Assembly: GCA_963804645.1 (NCBI GenBank)
Contig: CAWDRG010000009.1
Span: 992,001-1,056,000, forward strand
DNA length: 64,000 nt
Source of the DNA: an uncultured Bacillota bacterium
Lineage (GTDB): Bacteria > Sysuimicrobiota > Sysuimicrobiia > Sysuimicrobiales > Segetimicrobiaceae
Reading direction: 5' to 3'
Part shown: positions 48,873 to 58,570 of the stretch, one piece after another
How the letters are laid out: each line of letters starts with the position of its first letter
How positions within the stretch are numbered: position 1 is the stretch's first letter
Notes under the pieces: generated by a model
What the model saw: only the letters and a program-made list of their open reading frames with translations
Databases searched by the model: none
What the model was told of the DNA's origin: nothing
Translations under genes and position numbers: made by a program

Positions 48873-49690
48873 CCGCGGCGGTCCCCCCGCTGCGCCGGGG
48901 CCTCAGCGGCGGCCGGATCCTGGCGCTGCTGCAGCGCCAGGTGTACCTGTACCGGCGCAGCCTGATCCGGTCGCTCGAGATCGTGTACTGGCCGCTGATG
49001 GACCTGCTGGTGTGGGGCTTCCTGAGCGTGTACGTCGCAAAGCTTCAAGGCGGCGCCGGGGCGATCGCGTTTCTCCTCGGCGGGATGATCTTGTGGGACC
49101 TGTTCTTCCGGGCCCAGCAGGCGATCTCGGTGTCGTTTCTCGAGGACATCTGGACGCGCAACCTCATCAACGTCTTCGTGAGCCCGATCAGCACCGCGGA
49201 GTTTCTGTGCGCCACGATGCTGCTCGGCGTGTTGAAGGTGGTCGTCGTCGGCGCGCTGCTCGGCGTCCTCGCGCTCGCCTTCTACGCCTTCAACATCTTT
49301 CACTACGGGCTGCCGCTGCTGCCGTTCGTCCTCAACCTGATCGCCGCCGCGTGGGGCATGGGGATCATCACGACCGCGCTCATCCTCCGGTTCGGTCAGG
49401 GCGCCGAGGCGCTGGCCTGGGCGGTCGCGTTCCTGTTCCAGCCGTTCTCGGCGGTGTTCTATCCGGTCGCGGTGCTGCCGCCGGCCGTGCAGCGCGTCGC
49501 CTGGCTCCTGCCCACGACGCACGCGTTCGAGGGCATGCGCGCGGTGCTCGCGGGGAAGCCCCTGCCGTGGGAGCACGTGGCGTGGGCGGCGGCCAGCAAC
49601 GTGGTGCTGTTCGCGATCGCCGTCGGCGTGTTCGCGTGGGTGATGCGCATCGCGCGCGAGCAGGGCCTGCTGCTCCGCTCGGAGGGATAG
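48860..49690 (+). CDS. ABC-2 type exporter permease
   Basis: WPLMDLLVWGF, FLEDIWTRNL and YPV..LP; 6 hydrophobic segments. Confidence 0.85.
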   Translation: MDAVAAAVPPLRRGLSGGRILALLQRQVYLYRRSLIRSLEIVYWPLMDLLVWGFLSVYVAKLQGGAGAIAFLLGGMILWDLFFRAQQAISVSFLEDIWTRNLINVFVSPISTAEFLCATMLLGVLKVVVVGALLGVLALAFYAFNIFHYGLPLLPFVLNLIAAAWGMGIITTALILRFGQGAEALAWAVAFLFQPFSAVFYPVAVLPPAVQRVAWLLPTTHAFEGMRAVLAGKPLPWEHVAWAAASNVVLFAIAVGVFAWVMRIAREQGLLLRSEG

Positions 49691-49692
49691 GG

Positions 49693-50442
49693 ATGGACGG
49701 ACGCACGGCGGTCGATCGCGGGCCTCTCGAGGAGGGCGGCCGTGTCCTCGCCGGCACCTCGGGCTTCGCGTTCGCCCAGTGGAAGGGCGGGTTCTACCCC
49801 GAGGGCCTCCCAAACGACCGGTTCCTGTCGCACTACGCGTCGGTGCTGCCGACGGTCGAGATCAACGTGTCGTTCTACCGGATGCCGACATCGTCGATGC
49901 TCGCCGGCTGGGCGGCGCAGACGCCGGAGGCCTTCCGGTTCGCGATCAAGGCGCACCGGCGCATCACGCATCAGAAGCGCCTCCGCGACGTGGACGATGA
50001 CCTGCGGTGGCTGTACGAGCGGGTGTCGGAGCTCGGGCCCCGGCTCGGGCCGGTGCTGTTTCAGCTGCCGCCCACGCTGCGCCGGGACCTCGAGCTGCTC
50101 GAGCGGTTTCTCGCCGCGCTCCCGCCGCTGCCGTACACGGCCGTCGAGTTTCGCCACGCGAGCTGGCACGACGAGGCGACCTACGCGCTGCTGCGCAAGT
50201 ACCGGGCGGCCTTCTGCATCGCCGAGGACGACAAGAGCTGCGAGCCGCTCGTGTATACCGCGCCGTTCGCCTACTACCGGCTGCACCGGCTCCGGTACAC
50301 GGACGAGCAGCTGCAGACGTGGATCGAGCAGATCCGGGCCCACGCCGAGCTCCGCCCCGTGTTCTGCTACTTCACGCACGAGACCGGCACCGAAGCGGTC
50401 GAGTACGCTTCGCGGCTCCTCGCGGCGGTCCGTGGGACTTAA
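49693..50442 (+). CDS. DUF72 domain protein
   Basis: GTSGF...WKG.FYP, VEIN.SFY, KAH..ITH, LFQLPP, EFRH.SW and Y.RLH. Confidence 0.9.
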   Translation: MDGRTAVDRGPLEEGGRVLAGTSGFAFAQWKGGFYPEGLPNDRFLSHYASVLPTVEINVSFYRMPTSSMLAGWAAQTPEAFRFAIKAHRRITHQKRLRDVDDDLRWLYERVSELGPRLGPVLFQLPPTLRRDLELLERFLAALPPLPYTAVEFRHASWHDEATYALLRKYRAAFCIAEDDKSCEPLVYTAPFAYYRLHRLRYTDEQLQTWIEQIRAHAELRPVFCYFTHETGTEAVEYASRLLAAVRGT

Positions 50443-53200
50443 CGAGTACCGCCGCAAGCGGCGGTTCGACAAGACGCCGGAGCCGCAGGGCGCGGGCCCG
50501 ACGGCGGCGGCCGACGCGCTGCCGAAGTTCGTCGTCCAGGAACATCACGCGACGCGGCTGCACTGGGACCTGCGGCTCGAGATGGAGGGCGTCCTGCGCT
50601 CGTGGGCGGTGCCGAAAGGCCCGTCGCTCGATCCCGCGGACAAGCGCCTCGCCGTGCTGGTGGAGGACCACCCGCTCGAGTACGGGGAGTTCGAGGGGAT
50701 CATCCCGGAGGACAACTACGGCGCCGGGAGCGTGATGCTGTGGGACCGCGGCACGTACCTGTGCCGCGAAGGCGATCCGGCCGCGGCGTTCCGGGCCGGG
50801 AAGCTGACCCTCGACTTTTTCGGGGAGAAGATGCGCGGCGAGTTCCACCTCGTGCGGACGAAGCGGAACGAGGGGCGCGACTGGCTGCTCTTTAAGGGGA
50901 AGGACAGTTTCGCGGCGCCGGGGTACGTGCCCACCGGGACGCGGTCGGTCAAGAGCGGCCGGCCGATCGAGGAGATCGCGTCCGACGCGGGGGCCCGCTG
51001 GCTGCCGGGCACGCCGCCGGATCCGCCGGGGCGGGCCTCGCGCGCCCGGCGAGGGCGCAAGTCCGGCGCCGCGCCCGGCGGCGACGACGAGGGCGCCGAC
51101 CCGTTTCCCAAGCCCTTTCCGCCGATGCTCGCGGAGTCGACGGAGCAGCCGTTCAGCCGGCCCGGATGGCTGTTCGAGGTCAAATGGGACGGGGTCCGCG
51201 CGCTCGCCTACATCCGCCGCCGCGGCCCGCTGCAGGAGATCACGCTCTCCAGCCGGACGCAGCACCGCCTCAACGCGCAGTTTCCGGAGGTCGTCGGCGC
51301 ACTGAGCCTCCTCGACTGCTGGGACGTGGTGCTCGACGGTGAGATCATCGCGCCCGACGACCAGGGCCGGTCGAGCTTCGCCCAGCTGCAGCAGCGCCTG
51401 CACCTCTCAGGGCCGGACGTGGCCGACGCGGTCCGCCGCATCCCGGTCGTCTACGCCGTCTTCGACTGCCTCTATCTCGACGGGCACGATCTGAGACGCT
51501 CGCCGCTTTCCGAGCGGCGGCGGGTGCTCGACGGGATCCGCCTGCCCGCCGGGGTCATCCGGACCGACGTCGTGGCGGACGACGGCCGCGCGCTGTTCGA
51601 CGCGGCGCGCCAGCACGGGCTCGAAGGGATCGTCGCCAAGCGGGCGGCGAGCCCGTACCTGCCCGGGGTCCGCAGTCCGGCGTGGCAGAAGATCAAGATC
51701 CGCCAGGCGCTCGATGCCGTCGTGGGCGGGTTTACGCGGGGGAAGGGCCAGCGGGCGCGCACGTTTGGGGCGCTGGTCCTCGGTCAGTTCGATCCCGGCA
51801 CGCACGCGCTCGTGCACGTGGGGCAGGTCGGCGGCGGACTGGGCGACGCCGACATCGCCGCGCTGCGGCGGCGGCTCGACCCGCTGATCACCCCGACTCG
51901 CCCGTTTGCCACGCGGCCGCGGACGCTCACGCCGGCGACCTGGGTGCGTCCGGAGGTGGTGGTCGAGGTCACGTACGGCGAGCGCACGCCGGACGGCGTG
52001 CTCAGGCATCCTGTGTTCGTGCGGGTGCGCGACGACGTGCGGCCCGAGGACGTGGTGCTGGCCACGAGCGCGGACACCGCGGCGGCCGCCGGGACGGCGC
52101 CCGAGCGCCTTCGCCCAGACCGGAGCGCGGCGGCGGAGGTCGGGCGCCCCGCGGCCCCGTCGGGGCTCGTGTTCACGAATCTCGACAAGATCTTCTTTCC
52201 GGAGCTCGGCCTCACCAAGGGCGATGTCGTCGAGTACTACCGGCGCATCGGCCCGCACCTGGTGCCCCACCTGCGCGACCGCCTTCTGACGCTGCGGCGG
52301 TTCCCGAACGGCATCCACGGCGACGATTTCTTCCAGAAGGACGTGACCGACGCGCCCGCGTTTGTGCGCCGCATGCGGGTCTGGTCGGATCAGGGCAAGC
52401 GGGACATCGAGTTCGTGGTGGGCGCGGACGGCGCGACGCTCTTGTGGCTCGCGCAGTTGGGCTGCATCGAGATGCACGCGTGGTTCTCGCGGATCGCGCC
52501 GGTGCCCGGGCGAGGCGCCGGGCGGCCGACGGCCGCGTTCGCGGGGTCGGAGGCGGCGATCGAGGGCAGCGTCCTCAACTATCCCGACTCCGTCGTGTTC
52601 GACATCGACCCGTTCCTCTATCCGCCCGGGACGGGACCGACGCGCCGCCACGGCGAGATGGATCCCGATTACAGCCGGCGGGGGTTCGACGCGGCGCGCG
52701 AGGTCGCGCTCTGGGTGGGCGACGCGCTCGAGGCCCTCGGCCTGCGGACGTTTCTCAAGACCTCCGGGAAGACCGGCCTCCACGTGTTCGTGCCGATCGA
52801 GCGGCGGTACACGTACGCGGAGACGCACGCGTTCGCGAAGACGGTCGCGACCTGGCTGGCCGACGCGCATCCCGACCGCGTCACGACGGCGTGGGCGGTC
52901 ACCGACCGCGTGGGCAAAGTGTTCGTGGATTACAACCAGAACGTGCGCGGCAAGACGCTCGCGAGCGTGTACAGTCTCCGGCCGGTGCCGGAGGCGACCG
53001 TGAGCGTGCCGGTGACCTGGGCGGAACTGCGCGCGGGTGTCGACCCGCTCCGGTGGACGATCTCCACCGTGTTCGACCGGCTGGCCGCGGTCGGGGATCT
53101 TTGGGCGGACATTCTGCGCGTCCCGCAGCGCCTGAACGTCGGCGCACCGGCGCCGCGCGGCGGGGCCCGGCGGACGCCGGCGAAGGGCTCCGCGGGCTGA
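50432..53200 (+). CDS. ligD: NHEJ DNA ligase D (phosphoesterase - ATP-dependent ligase - primase/polymerase)
   Basis: PE domain: FVVQEHHATRLHWDLRLE..SWAVPKGP. LIG domain: EVKWDG, EGIVAKR..S.Y. POL domain: RFPNG, FFQK, FDIDP, KTSGKTGLH, DYNQN. Confidence 0.95.
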   Translation: MGLNEYRRKRRFDKTPEPQGAGPTAAADALPKFVVQEHHATRLHWDLRLEMEGVLRSWAVPKGPSLDPADKRLAVLVEDHPLEYGEFEGIIPEDNYGAGSVMLWDRGTYLCREGDPAAAFRAGKLTLDFFGEKMRGEFHLVRTKRNEGRDWLLFKGKDSFAAPGYVPTGTRSVKSGRPIEEIASDAGARWLPGTPPDPPGRASRARRGRKSGAAPGGDDEGADPFPKPFPPMLAESTEQPFSRPGWLFEVKWDGVRALAYIRRRGPLQEITLSSRTQHRLNAQFPEVVGALSLLDCWDVVLDGEIIAPDDQGRSSFAQLQQRLHLSGPDVADAVRRIPVVYAVFDCLYLDGHDLRRSPLSERRRVLDGIRLPAGVIRTDVVADDGRALFDAARQHGLEGIVAKRAASPYLPGVRSPAWQKIKIRQALDAVVGGFTRGKGQRARTFGALVLGQFDPGTHALVHVGQVGGGLGDADIAALRRRLDPLITPTRPFATRPRTLTPATWVRPEVVVEVTYGERTPDGVLRHPVFVRVRDDVRPEDVVLATSADTAAAAGTAPERLRPDRSAAAEVGRPAAPSGLVFTNLDKIFFPELGLTKGDVVEYYRRIGPHLVPHLRDRLLTLRRFPNGIHGDDFFQKDVTDAPAFVRRMRVWSDQGKRDIEFVVGADGATLLWLAQLGCIEMHAWFSRIAPVPGRGAGRPTAAFAGSEAAIEGSVLNYPDSVVFDIDPFLYPPGTGPTRRHGEMDPDYSRRGFDAAREVALWVGDALEALGLRTFLKTSGKTGLHVFVPIERRYTYAETHAFAKTVATWLADAHPDRVTTAWAVTDRVGKVFVDYNQNVRGKTLASVYSLRPVPEATVSVPVTWAELRAGVDPLRWTISTVFDRLAAVGDLWADILRVPQRLNVGAPAPRGGARRTPAKGSAG

Positions 53201-53295
53201 GCGCGCCCGGCCGTTCCCGGCGACGAGGAATCTCGGGGGAGGAAGCGGAACAACGGTCGTGGCCGCGGGTGTCGGCGGCCGGGGAGGTACTCACG

Positions 53296-54252
53296 ATGGC
53301 TGAGCAAGCGCAGTGGCTCTGGTTTAACGGCGAGATCGTTCCACGGGAGCGCGCCACCGTGCACGTCATGGCCGCCACCGCCACGCGCGGCGCGAACGTG
53401 TTCGAGGGCGTGCGCGCGTACTGGAACGGAGACGAGCGCGAACTGTACATCTTCAGGAATGACGACCACCTCGCGCGGCTGCGCGAGTCCGCGAAGATCA
53501 TGCGCATGCCGATCCCGTGGTCTCCGGAGGAGCTGACCCGCGCCCAAATCGACGTCCTCCGCGCCAACAAGTACGAGGGGACCGCATGGTACCGGTTGTG
53601 CCTGTACGTCGGCGAGGGCGAGCAGACGTCGTACCCGCCGGCGGAGCCGCCGATCGGCGGCTACATCGCGACCCGCCACGCGCCGCACACCAAAGGCGTC
53701 ACCGACGGCGTGGACTGCGGGGTCAGCTCGTGGCAGCGGATCGCCGACACGTCGATGCCGCCGCGCGTCAAGGCCGGCGCGAACTACCACAACAGCCGCC
53801 TGGCGGCGATGGAAGCGAAGAACCACGGCTACTCCGGGCAGCCGATCATGCTGAACGAGCGCGGCAAGGTCTCCGAGGGCCCGGGGGCCTGCCTGTGCAT
53901 GGTCCGGCGCGGGACGCTCGTGACGCCGCCGGTGACGTCGAACATCTTGGAGTCGATCACGCGCGAGACGATTCTGGAGCTTGCGCGCGACGTGCTCAAG
54001 GTGCCGGTGCAGGAGCGCGAGATGGACCGCACCGAGCTCTACGTGGCCGACGAGGCGTTCTTCTGCGGCAGCGGGGCGGAGATCACGCCCATCAACTCGG
54101 TGGACCACTACGCCGTGGGAACGGGGAAGCCCGGTCCGATGACGCGCCGGCTGCAGGACGCCTATTTCGCGGTCACCGAAGGGCGGGTGCCGCAGTACCG
54201 GCACTGGCTCACGCCGGTCTACGCCGGGGCGAAGGTGACCGCCCGCTCGTAG
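53296..54252 (+). CDS. ilvE: Branched-chain amino acid aminotransferase (class IV PLP)
   Basis: FEGVRAY, HLARL, KAGANY, EGPG, ILESITR and EAFFCGS; GGAGG RBS. Confidence 0.85.
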   Translation: MAEQAQWLWFNGEIVPRERATVHVMAATATRGANVFEGVRAYWNGDERELYIFRNDDHLARLRESAKIMRMPIPWSPEELTRAQIDVLRANKYEGTAWYRLCLYVGEGEQTSYPPAEPPIGGYIATRHAPHTKGVTDGVDCGVSSWQRIADTSMPPRVKAGANYHNSRLAAMEAKNHGYSGQPIMLNERGKVSEGPGACLCMVRRGTLVTPPVTSNILESITRETILELARDVLKVPVQEREMDRTELYVADEAFFCGSGAEITPINSVDHYAVGTGKPGPMTRRLQDAYFAVTEGRVPQYRHWLTPVYAGAKVTARS

Positions 54253-54275
54253 CCGGGTCTCACGGGTGTCACACC

Positions 54276-54305
54276 GGGGGCCGGCCGCAGTCGCGGCCGG
54301 CCCCC
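54276..54305. terminator. Perfect 13-bp hairpin between convergent genes
   Basis: GGGGGCCGGCCGC-AGTC-GCGGCCGGCCCCC; no poly-U tract. Confidence 0.6.
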
Positions 54306-54324
54306 ACGTCATCCGTGTGCACGG

Positions 54325-55143
54325 TTAGCGGCGCGCGCCCACCTCGGGCCGCGCGTACAGCGCCTCGCGCCGGTGCCGGAGGGCGGGCAGCTTCTCGCGC
54401 ACCCGTGCGATCCGCTCGAGATCGACGTCGCCGATGAACACGCCCGGTTCCTCGCCCCCGTCGACGAGGGTGACGCCCATCGGGTCCACGAGCCGGCTGC
54501 GGCCGGCGAAGGTGTTGCCGACCTGGTCCGCACCCGCGACGAAGATCGTGTTCTCGATCGCGCGCGCGGCGAGCAGCGTCGTCCAGTGGTCTTCCTTCAG
54601 CGTCCCCGCGGCCCACGCGGCCGGAAGCAGCAGCACGTCGGCGCCGGCGAGCGTCACGAGGCGGGCCAACTCCGGGAACCGCAGCTCGTAGCAGACGAGC
54701 AGGCCGAACGTGCCGAGCGGCGTGCGCACGACGCCCGGCGGCTCGCTGCCGGGGACGATGCGGTCGGACTCGCGGTACCCGAACGCGTCGAACAGGTGCG
54801 TCTTGCGGTACCGCAGCAGCAGGTCGCCGCCGGGTCCGAGCAGCACCGTGGTATTGAACGCGCGCGCGGCCTCGCCCGGCGCGGTTTCCCAGATCCCGCA
54901 GCCGACGTACAGCCCGAGCGCGCGTGCCTCCGCGGCGAGGGCCGACACAAACGGCCCGTCGACGGGCTCGGCCACCTCGGCGGCCGTGACCGGGTCCTTG
55001 GGCGCGAGGAACGCCATGAACACCTCGGGCAGGAGGGCCACATCGGCGCCGCGCTGCTTGGCGTCCCGCAGCGCGCGGCGGGCGGCATCCAGATTCTCGG
55101 GCTTGCTGGGAGACGAGCCGAGCTGGCAGAGGGCGATGCGCAT
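54325..55143 (-). CDS. Carbon-nitrogen hydrolase (nitrilase superfamily, Nit1/YbeM-like)
   Basis: LPE, YRKTHLFD, CYELRFPE triad and ARAIEN. Confidence 0.92.
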   Translation of the reverse strand: MRIALCQLGSSPSKPENLDAARRALRDAKQRGADVALLPEVFMAFLAPKDPVTAAEVAEPVDGPFVSALAAEARALGLYVGCGIWETAPGEAARAFNTTVLLGPGGDLLLRYRKTHLFDAFGYRESDRIVPGSEPPGVVRTPLGTFGLLVCYELRFPELARLVTLAGADVLLLPAAWAAGTLKEDHWTTLLAARAIENTIFVAGADQVGNTFAGRSRLVDPMGVTLVDGGEEPGVFIGDVDLERIARVREKLPALRHRREALYARPEVGARR

Positions 55144-55191
55144 AGGAACCTCCCGGGCGGGCCGGGTGAGAACCCGGCCGCACGTGTTACT

Positions 55192-56139
55192 TCACCGGGC
55201 CAGCAAGTCTCCCTCCCCCGGGACGGCGAGGCCCCGCGTCCGCAGGGCGAGGGCGGACGGACGGCGCGGCGCGTACGCGGCGACGATCTCCGCGCCGAAC
55301 AAGAACGTGCAGGCCAGCGCATAGATCCATGCGAGCAGCGCGACGATCACCCCGAGCGACTGGTACAGCGACGTGTAGTCCGCGACCCGGCCGATGTACA
55401 GGCCGACCAGATAGTTGATGATCTGCCACAGGATCGTGGCGATCAGCGCGCCCGGCCATGCCTCGCGCCACCGGACCGGGACGTTCGGGAGGAACCGATA
55501 GCCGACCCAGAAGACCACGAACTGCGCCACCGCGGGAAACAGCGCGGCGATCCTGCCAGCGGCCTGCGGCGTGATCGGCACGCCCACGAGCGGCGCCAGT
55601 CCGCTGAAGCGGATCAGGCGAATCGCGAGCACCGTGCCGACCATCGCGCCGATAAAGATCAGCAGCGATCCCACCATCATCAGCACGCCCACCGCGACTC
55701 GAGTAGGGAGGAAGCGGCCGCGGCTCTCGAACACGCGGTCCAGCGCGACCTGCAGGGCGCCGAAGACGCCCGTCGAGGACAGGATCAGTGTGATGCTGCC
55801 CCACCAGCCGTAGGAGCCGCGGTGGGCGTACGCGTCCTGCACCGTCTGCACGAGGATGTCGGGGTGCTGGGCGCCCCCGAGGATGCGCCCGAGGATCCGG
55901 TCGATTCGCGCGTGCGGGAAGGCGAGGCTCAGGAGGATCGCGAAGAGGACCGCCATCGGCAGCAGCGAGAACAGCGCGTAGAAGCTGATCGCGGCTCCCG
56001 AAAAGAGATCCCCGTGCGTCCACAATCCGCCGATGGCACGCCCGAACGCCCGACCCAGCCGGGGGGCGTTCAGCCACGCCCCGGGCGTCAGCCGGAGCGC
56101 CGCGGGGATCGAGGACGGGACCGCCTGGTCTCTAGCCAT
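55192..56139 (-). CDS. YihY/BrkB family membrane protein
   Basis: AAISFYALFSLLP, YRFLPN, PGAL and Y.SLG...LL.WIY..FLFGAE. Confidence 0.88.
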   Translation of the reverse strand: MARDQAVPSSIPAALRLTPGAWLNAPRLGRAFGRAIGGLWTHGDLFSGAAISFYALFSLLPMAVLFAILLSLAFPHARIDRILGRILGGAQHPDILVQTVQDAYAHRGSYGWWGSITLILSSTGVFGALQVALDRVFESRGRFLPTRVAVGVLMMVGSLLIFIGAMVGTVLAIRLIRFSGLAPLVGVPITPQAAGRIAALFPAVAQFVVFWVGYRFLPNVPVRWREAWPGALIATILWQIINYLVGLYIGRVADYTSLYQSLGVIVALLAWIYALACTFLFGAEIVAAYAPRRPSALALRTRGLAVPGEGDLLAR

Positions 56140-56218
56140 ACCCTCTATCCTTTCCCCGTCGATGGGAACACTCAATCTGAATCGGCAAGGTCCACGGAAC
56201 CGGACCGGGAGGTGCCCC

Positions 56219-57844
56219 ATGAGTAGGCGATGGTTGAGGCATACCATGCAGGCCGGCGTGTTCCTGCTTGCGGTAGCGGTGCTGCTGTCCGGGTCCTCCG
56301 CGTCTCCCGCGCCCGCCGGCGGTGACGTCGACGTGCTGACGTTTCACGGCGATCCCGCCCGGACCGGGTGGAACGCCGCGGAGCGCGCGCTGACTCCGGA
56401 CAGTGTCCACGGCGGCCGCTTCGGCAAACTCTGGACGGCGGCCATGGACGGGGACGTGTACGCCCAGCCGCTCGTCGCCTCCGGCCTCTCGGCGTCGGGC
56501 GCGACGCGCACGCTGGTGGTCGTCGTGACCGAAAACGATTCGGTGTACGCGCTTGACGCGGCGGACGGGAAGCCCGTCTGGGGCCCGGTGTCGCTCGGCG
56601 CCCCGGTCCCGCGTTCCGCGCTGCCCTGCGGCGACATCGATCCCGTGGGGATCACGAGCACGCCGGTGATCGATCGCGGGTCGTCCACGGTGTACGTCGT
56701 GGGCCTGACCACTCCGGACGGCGGTCGGACGAAGGTGTTTCGGGCGGCGGCGCTCGACTTGGGAACGGGGCGCATGCGGTCGGGCTGGCCGGTCGTGGTG
56801 ACGCCGCCGTCGTCGTCCGGACTGCACTTCGATTCGGGCGTCCAGGAGCAGCGCGGCGCGCTGGTGTTGGTCCGGGGTGTCGTCTACGTCCCGTTCGGCG
56901 GGTACTGGGGCGACTGCGGACCGTACCACGGTTGGGTCGTCGGCATCCCCGCCGATTCGCCCGGCAAGCAGGAGGCATACGCCACGCCGACCGGCCGCGA
57001 GGGCGGCATCTGGGCCGCGGGGGGCGTGTCCGCGGACGGCGACGGCAATCTGTACGCGGCGACCGGCAACAGCGATTCGAACGGATCCAACGATTTCGGC
57101 GATACCGTGCTCCGTCTGACCACGCAGCCCCTGCGCTTCTCGGGGGCGGCGCGCGACTACTTCACGCCGAGCAATTACATCGCGCTGAACCAGGACGACG
57201 TCGATCTCGGGTCGACGGTGCCGCTCGTGGTGCCGGCGCAGCCCGACGTGGCGACGCCGCATCTCCTGTTCATCGCCGGGAAGCAGGGCGTCGCCTACCT
57301 CATCAACGCCGATCAGATGGGCGGCCTCTCGAAGGGCAACGGAATCACCGGCGAGGGCGTCTACAGCCAGTGCGTGTTCGGGACGTGCCAGGGCGGCGCG
57401 CCGCAGGTCTTCTCGTCCGCGGCGTACTGGGACGCGGGGACGCGCGGGCGGTTCGTGCTCGTGCCCGGGCACAGCCGGCAGCCGGCGCCCTGCGGCGGCA
57501 CCGGGGGGGTGGTCGCGCTTCGGCTTGGGACCGCCGGCGGATCGCGCGACGCGGCGTTCACGGTCGCCTGGTGCAGTCCCTCGATGGAGAGCGCCGGGGC
57601 TCCGGCCGTCTCGAGCGCCGGCGCGGAGGACGGACTCGTGTGGGTCGTCGACACGCGCGCCGGCGGTCCTCGCGCGGGTGACGGCACGCTGTACGCGCTG
57701 AACGCGCTGACCGGCGCTCAGGTGTACGCGTCGAGCGGTGCGGACGCGCTCGGGAGCTCGCGCCAGTTCATTACGCCGGCGGTGGCCAACGGCCGCGTCT
57801 ATATCGGCGCCGGGCGCACGGTCGCGGCGTACGGCCTGCGGTAG
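56219..57844 (+). CDS. Secreted PQQ-binding-like beta-propeller protein
   Basis: Signal peptide, TFHGD.ARTG, YAQPL, VYALDA..G..VW, GITSTPVID and TPAVANGRVYIG. Confidence 0.78.
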   Translation: MSRRWLRHTMQAGVFLLAVAVLLSGSSASPAPAGGDVDVLTFHGDPARTGWNAAERALTPDSVHGGRFGKLWTAAMDGDVYAQPLVASGLSASGATRTLVVVVTENDSVYALDAADGKPVWGPVSLGAPVPRSALPCGDIDPVGITSTPVIDRGSSTVYVVGLTTPDGGRTKVFRAAALDLGTGRMRSGWPVVVTPPSSSGLHFDSGVQEQRGALVLVRGVVYVPFGGYWGDCGPYHGWVVGIPADSPGKQEAYATPTGREGGIWAAGGVSADGDGNLYAATGNSDSNGSNDFGDTVLRLTTQPLRFSGAARDYFTPSNYIALNQDDVDLGSTVPLVVPAQPDVATPHLLFIAGKQGVAYLINADQMGGLSKGNGITGEGVYSQCVFGTCQGGAPQVFSSAAYWDAGTRGRFVLVPGHSRQPAPCGGTGGVVALRLGTAGGSRDAAFTVAWCSPSMESAGAPAVSSAGAEDGLVWVVDTRAGGPRAGDGTLYALNALTGAQVYASSGADALGSSRQFITPAVANGRVYIGAGRTVAAYGLR

Positions 57845-57868
57845 GCTCGAGGCGGCACGCGCCGCGGG

Positions 57869-58363
57869 TCAGGGGGTCAGGTTCGCGGGGATCAGGCGCT
57901 CGACGATCACGACGTCGCGCCAGATCCCGTCGAGCCGGGCGTGCCGTTCGTAGGTGCCGATCTCGCGGAAGCCGAGCGAGCGGAGCAGCGAGAGGCTCGG
58001 GACGTTCTCGGGAAACACGCGCGACACCAGTTTCCAGAAGCCGGCGCGCTCCGCTTCCTCGATGAGCGCCTGCATGGCGGCGCGGCCGGCGCCGCGGCCG
58101 CGTGCCGCACGCGCGACGTAGACCGAGAACTCTGCGATCCCCGCGTAGCACTCCCGCGGGCGGTACGTGGACGTCGAGGCGAACGCGAGCACCTGCCCCG
58201 CGTCTTCGACCACGACGATTGGATGCGTGCCGTCGAACCATGCCTCGACGTCCCGCGCGGACCGCGGGCGGGTCTCGAACGTGGCGACCCGATCCTCGAT
58301 GCCCTCGTTGTAGATCCGGGCGATCGTCTGAGCATCCTGCGGCGTTCCCGGCCGTGCGCGCAT
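57869..58363 (-). CDS. GNAT N-acetyltransferase, phosphinothricin/arsinothricin (ArsN1 family A-like)
   Basis: IYNEGIEDRVATFET, YRPRECYAGIAEFSVYV, RGRGAG and FPEN..S; GGAGG RBS. Confidence 0.82.
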   Translation of the reverse strand: MRARPGTPQDAQTIARIYNEGIEDRVATFETRPRSARDVEAWFDGTHPIVVVEDAGQVLAFASTSTYRPRECYAGIAEFSVYVARAARGRGAGRAAMQALIEEAERAGFWKLVSRVFPENVPSLSLLRSLGFREIGTYERHARLDGIWRDVVIVERLIPANLTP

Positions 58364-58435
58364 CCGTGCACCTCCAGCCCGTCCTGACACGCAAACGCCC
58401 CCGGGGGGTCCCCGGAGGCATCCTGGCCGTACTGC

Positions 58436-58444
58436 ATTGTAGCA
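58436..58444 (-). promoter_or_regulatory. Extended -10 promoter element upstream of the GNAT gene
   Basis: Minus strand TGCTACAAT (TGn-TACAAT). Confidence 0.5.
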
Positions 58445-58570
58445 CGGCGCGGACCGCCCGGGCCGGGCGGAGAGGCGTGCACCTTCCGGCTCCCGAACGG
58501 TGGGAGCGTCCGACGAATCGCCCGAACCGGGCCGGCGCCCGGTCAACGCCACCGCGTGGGGAGAAGAGCC

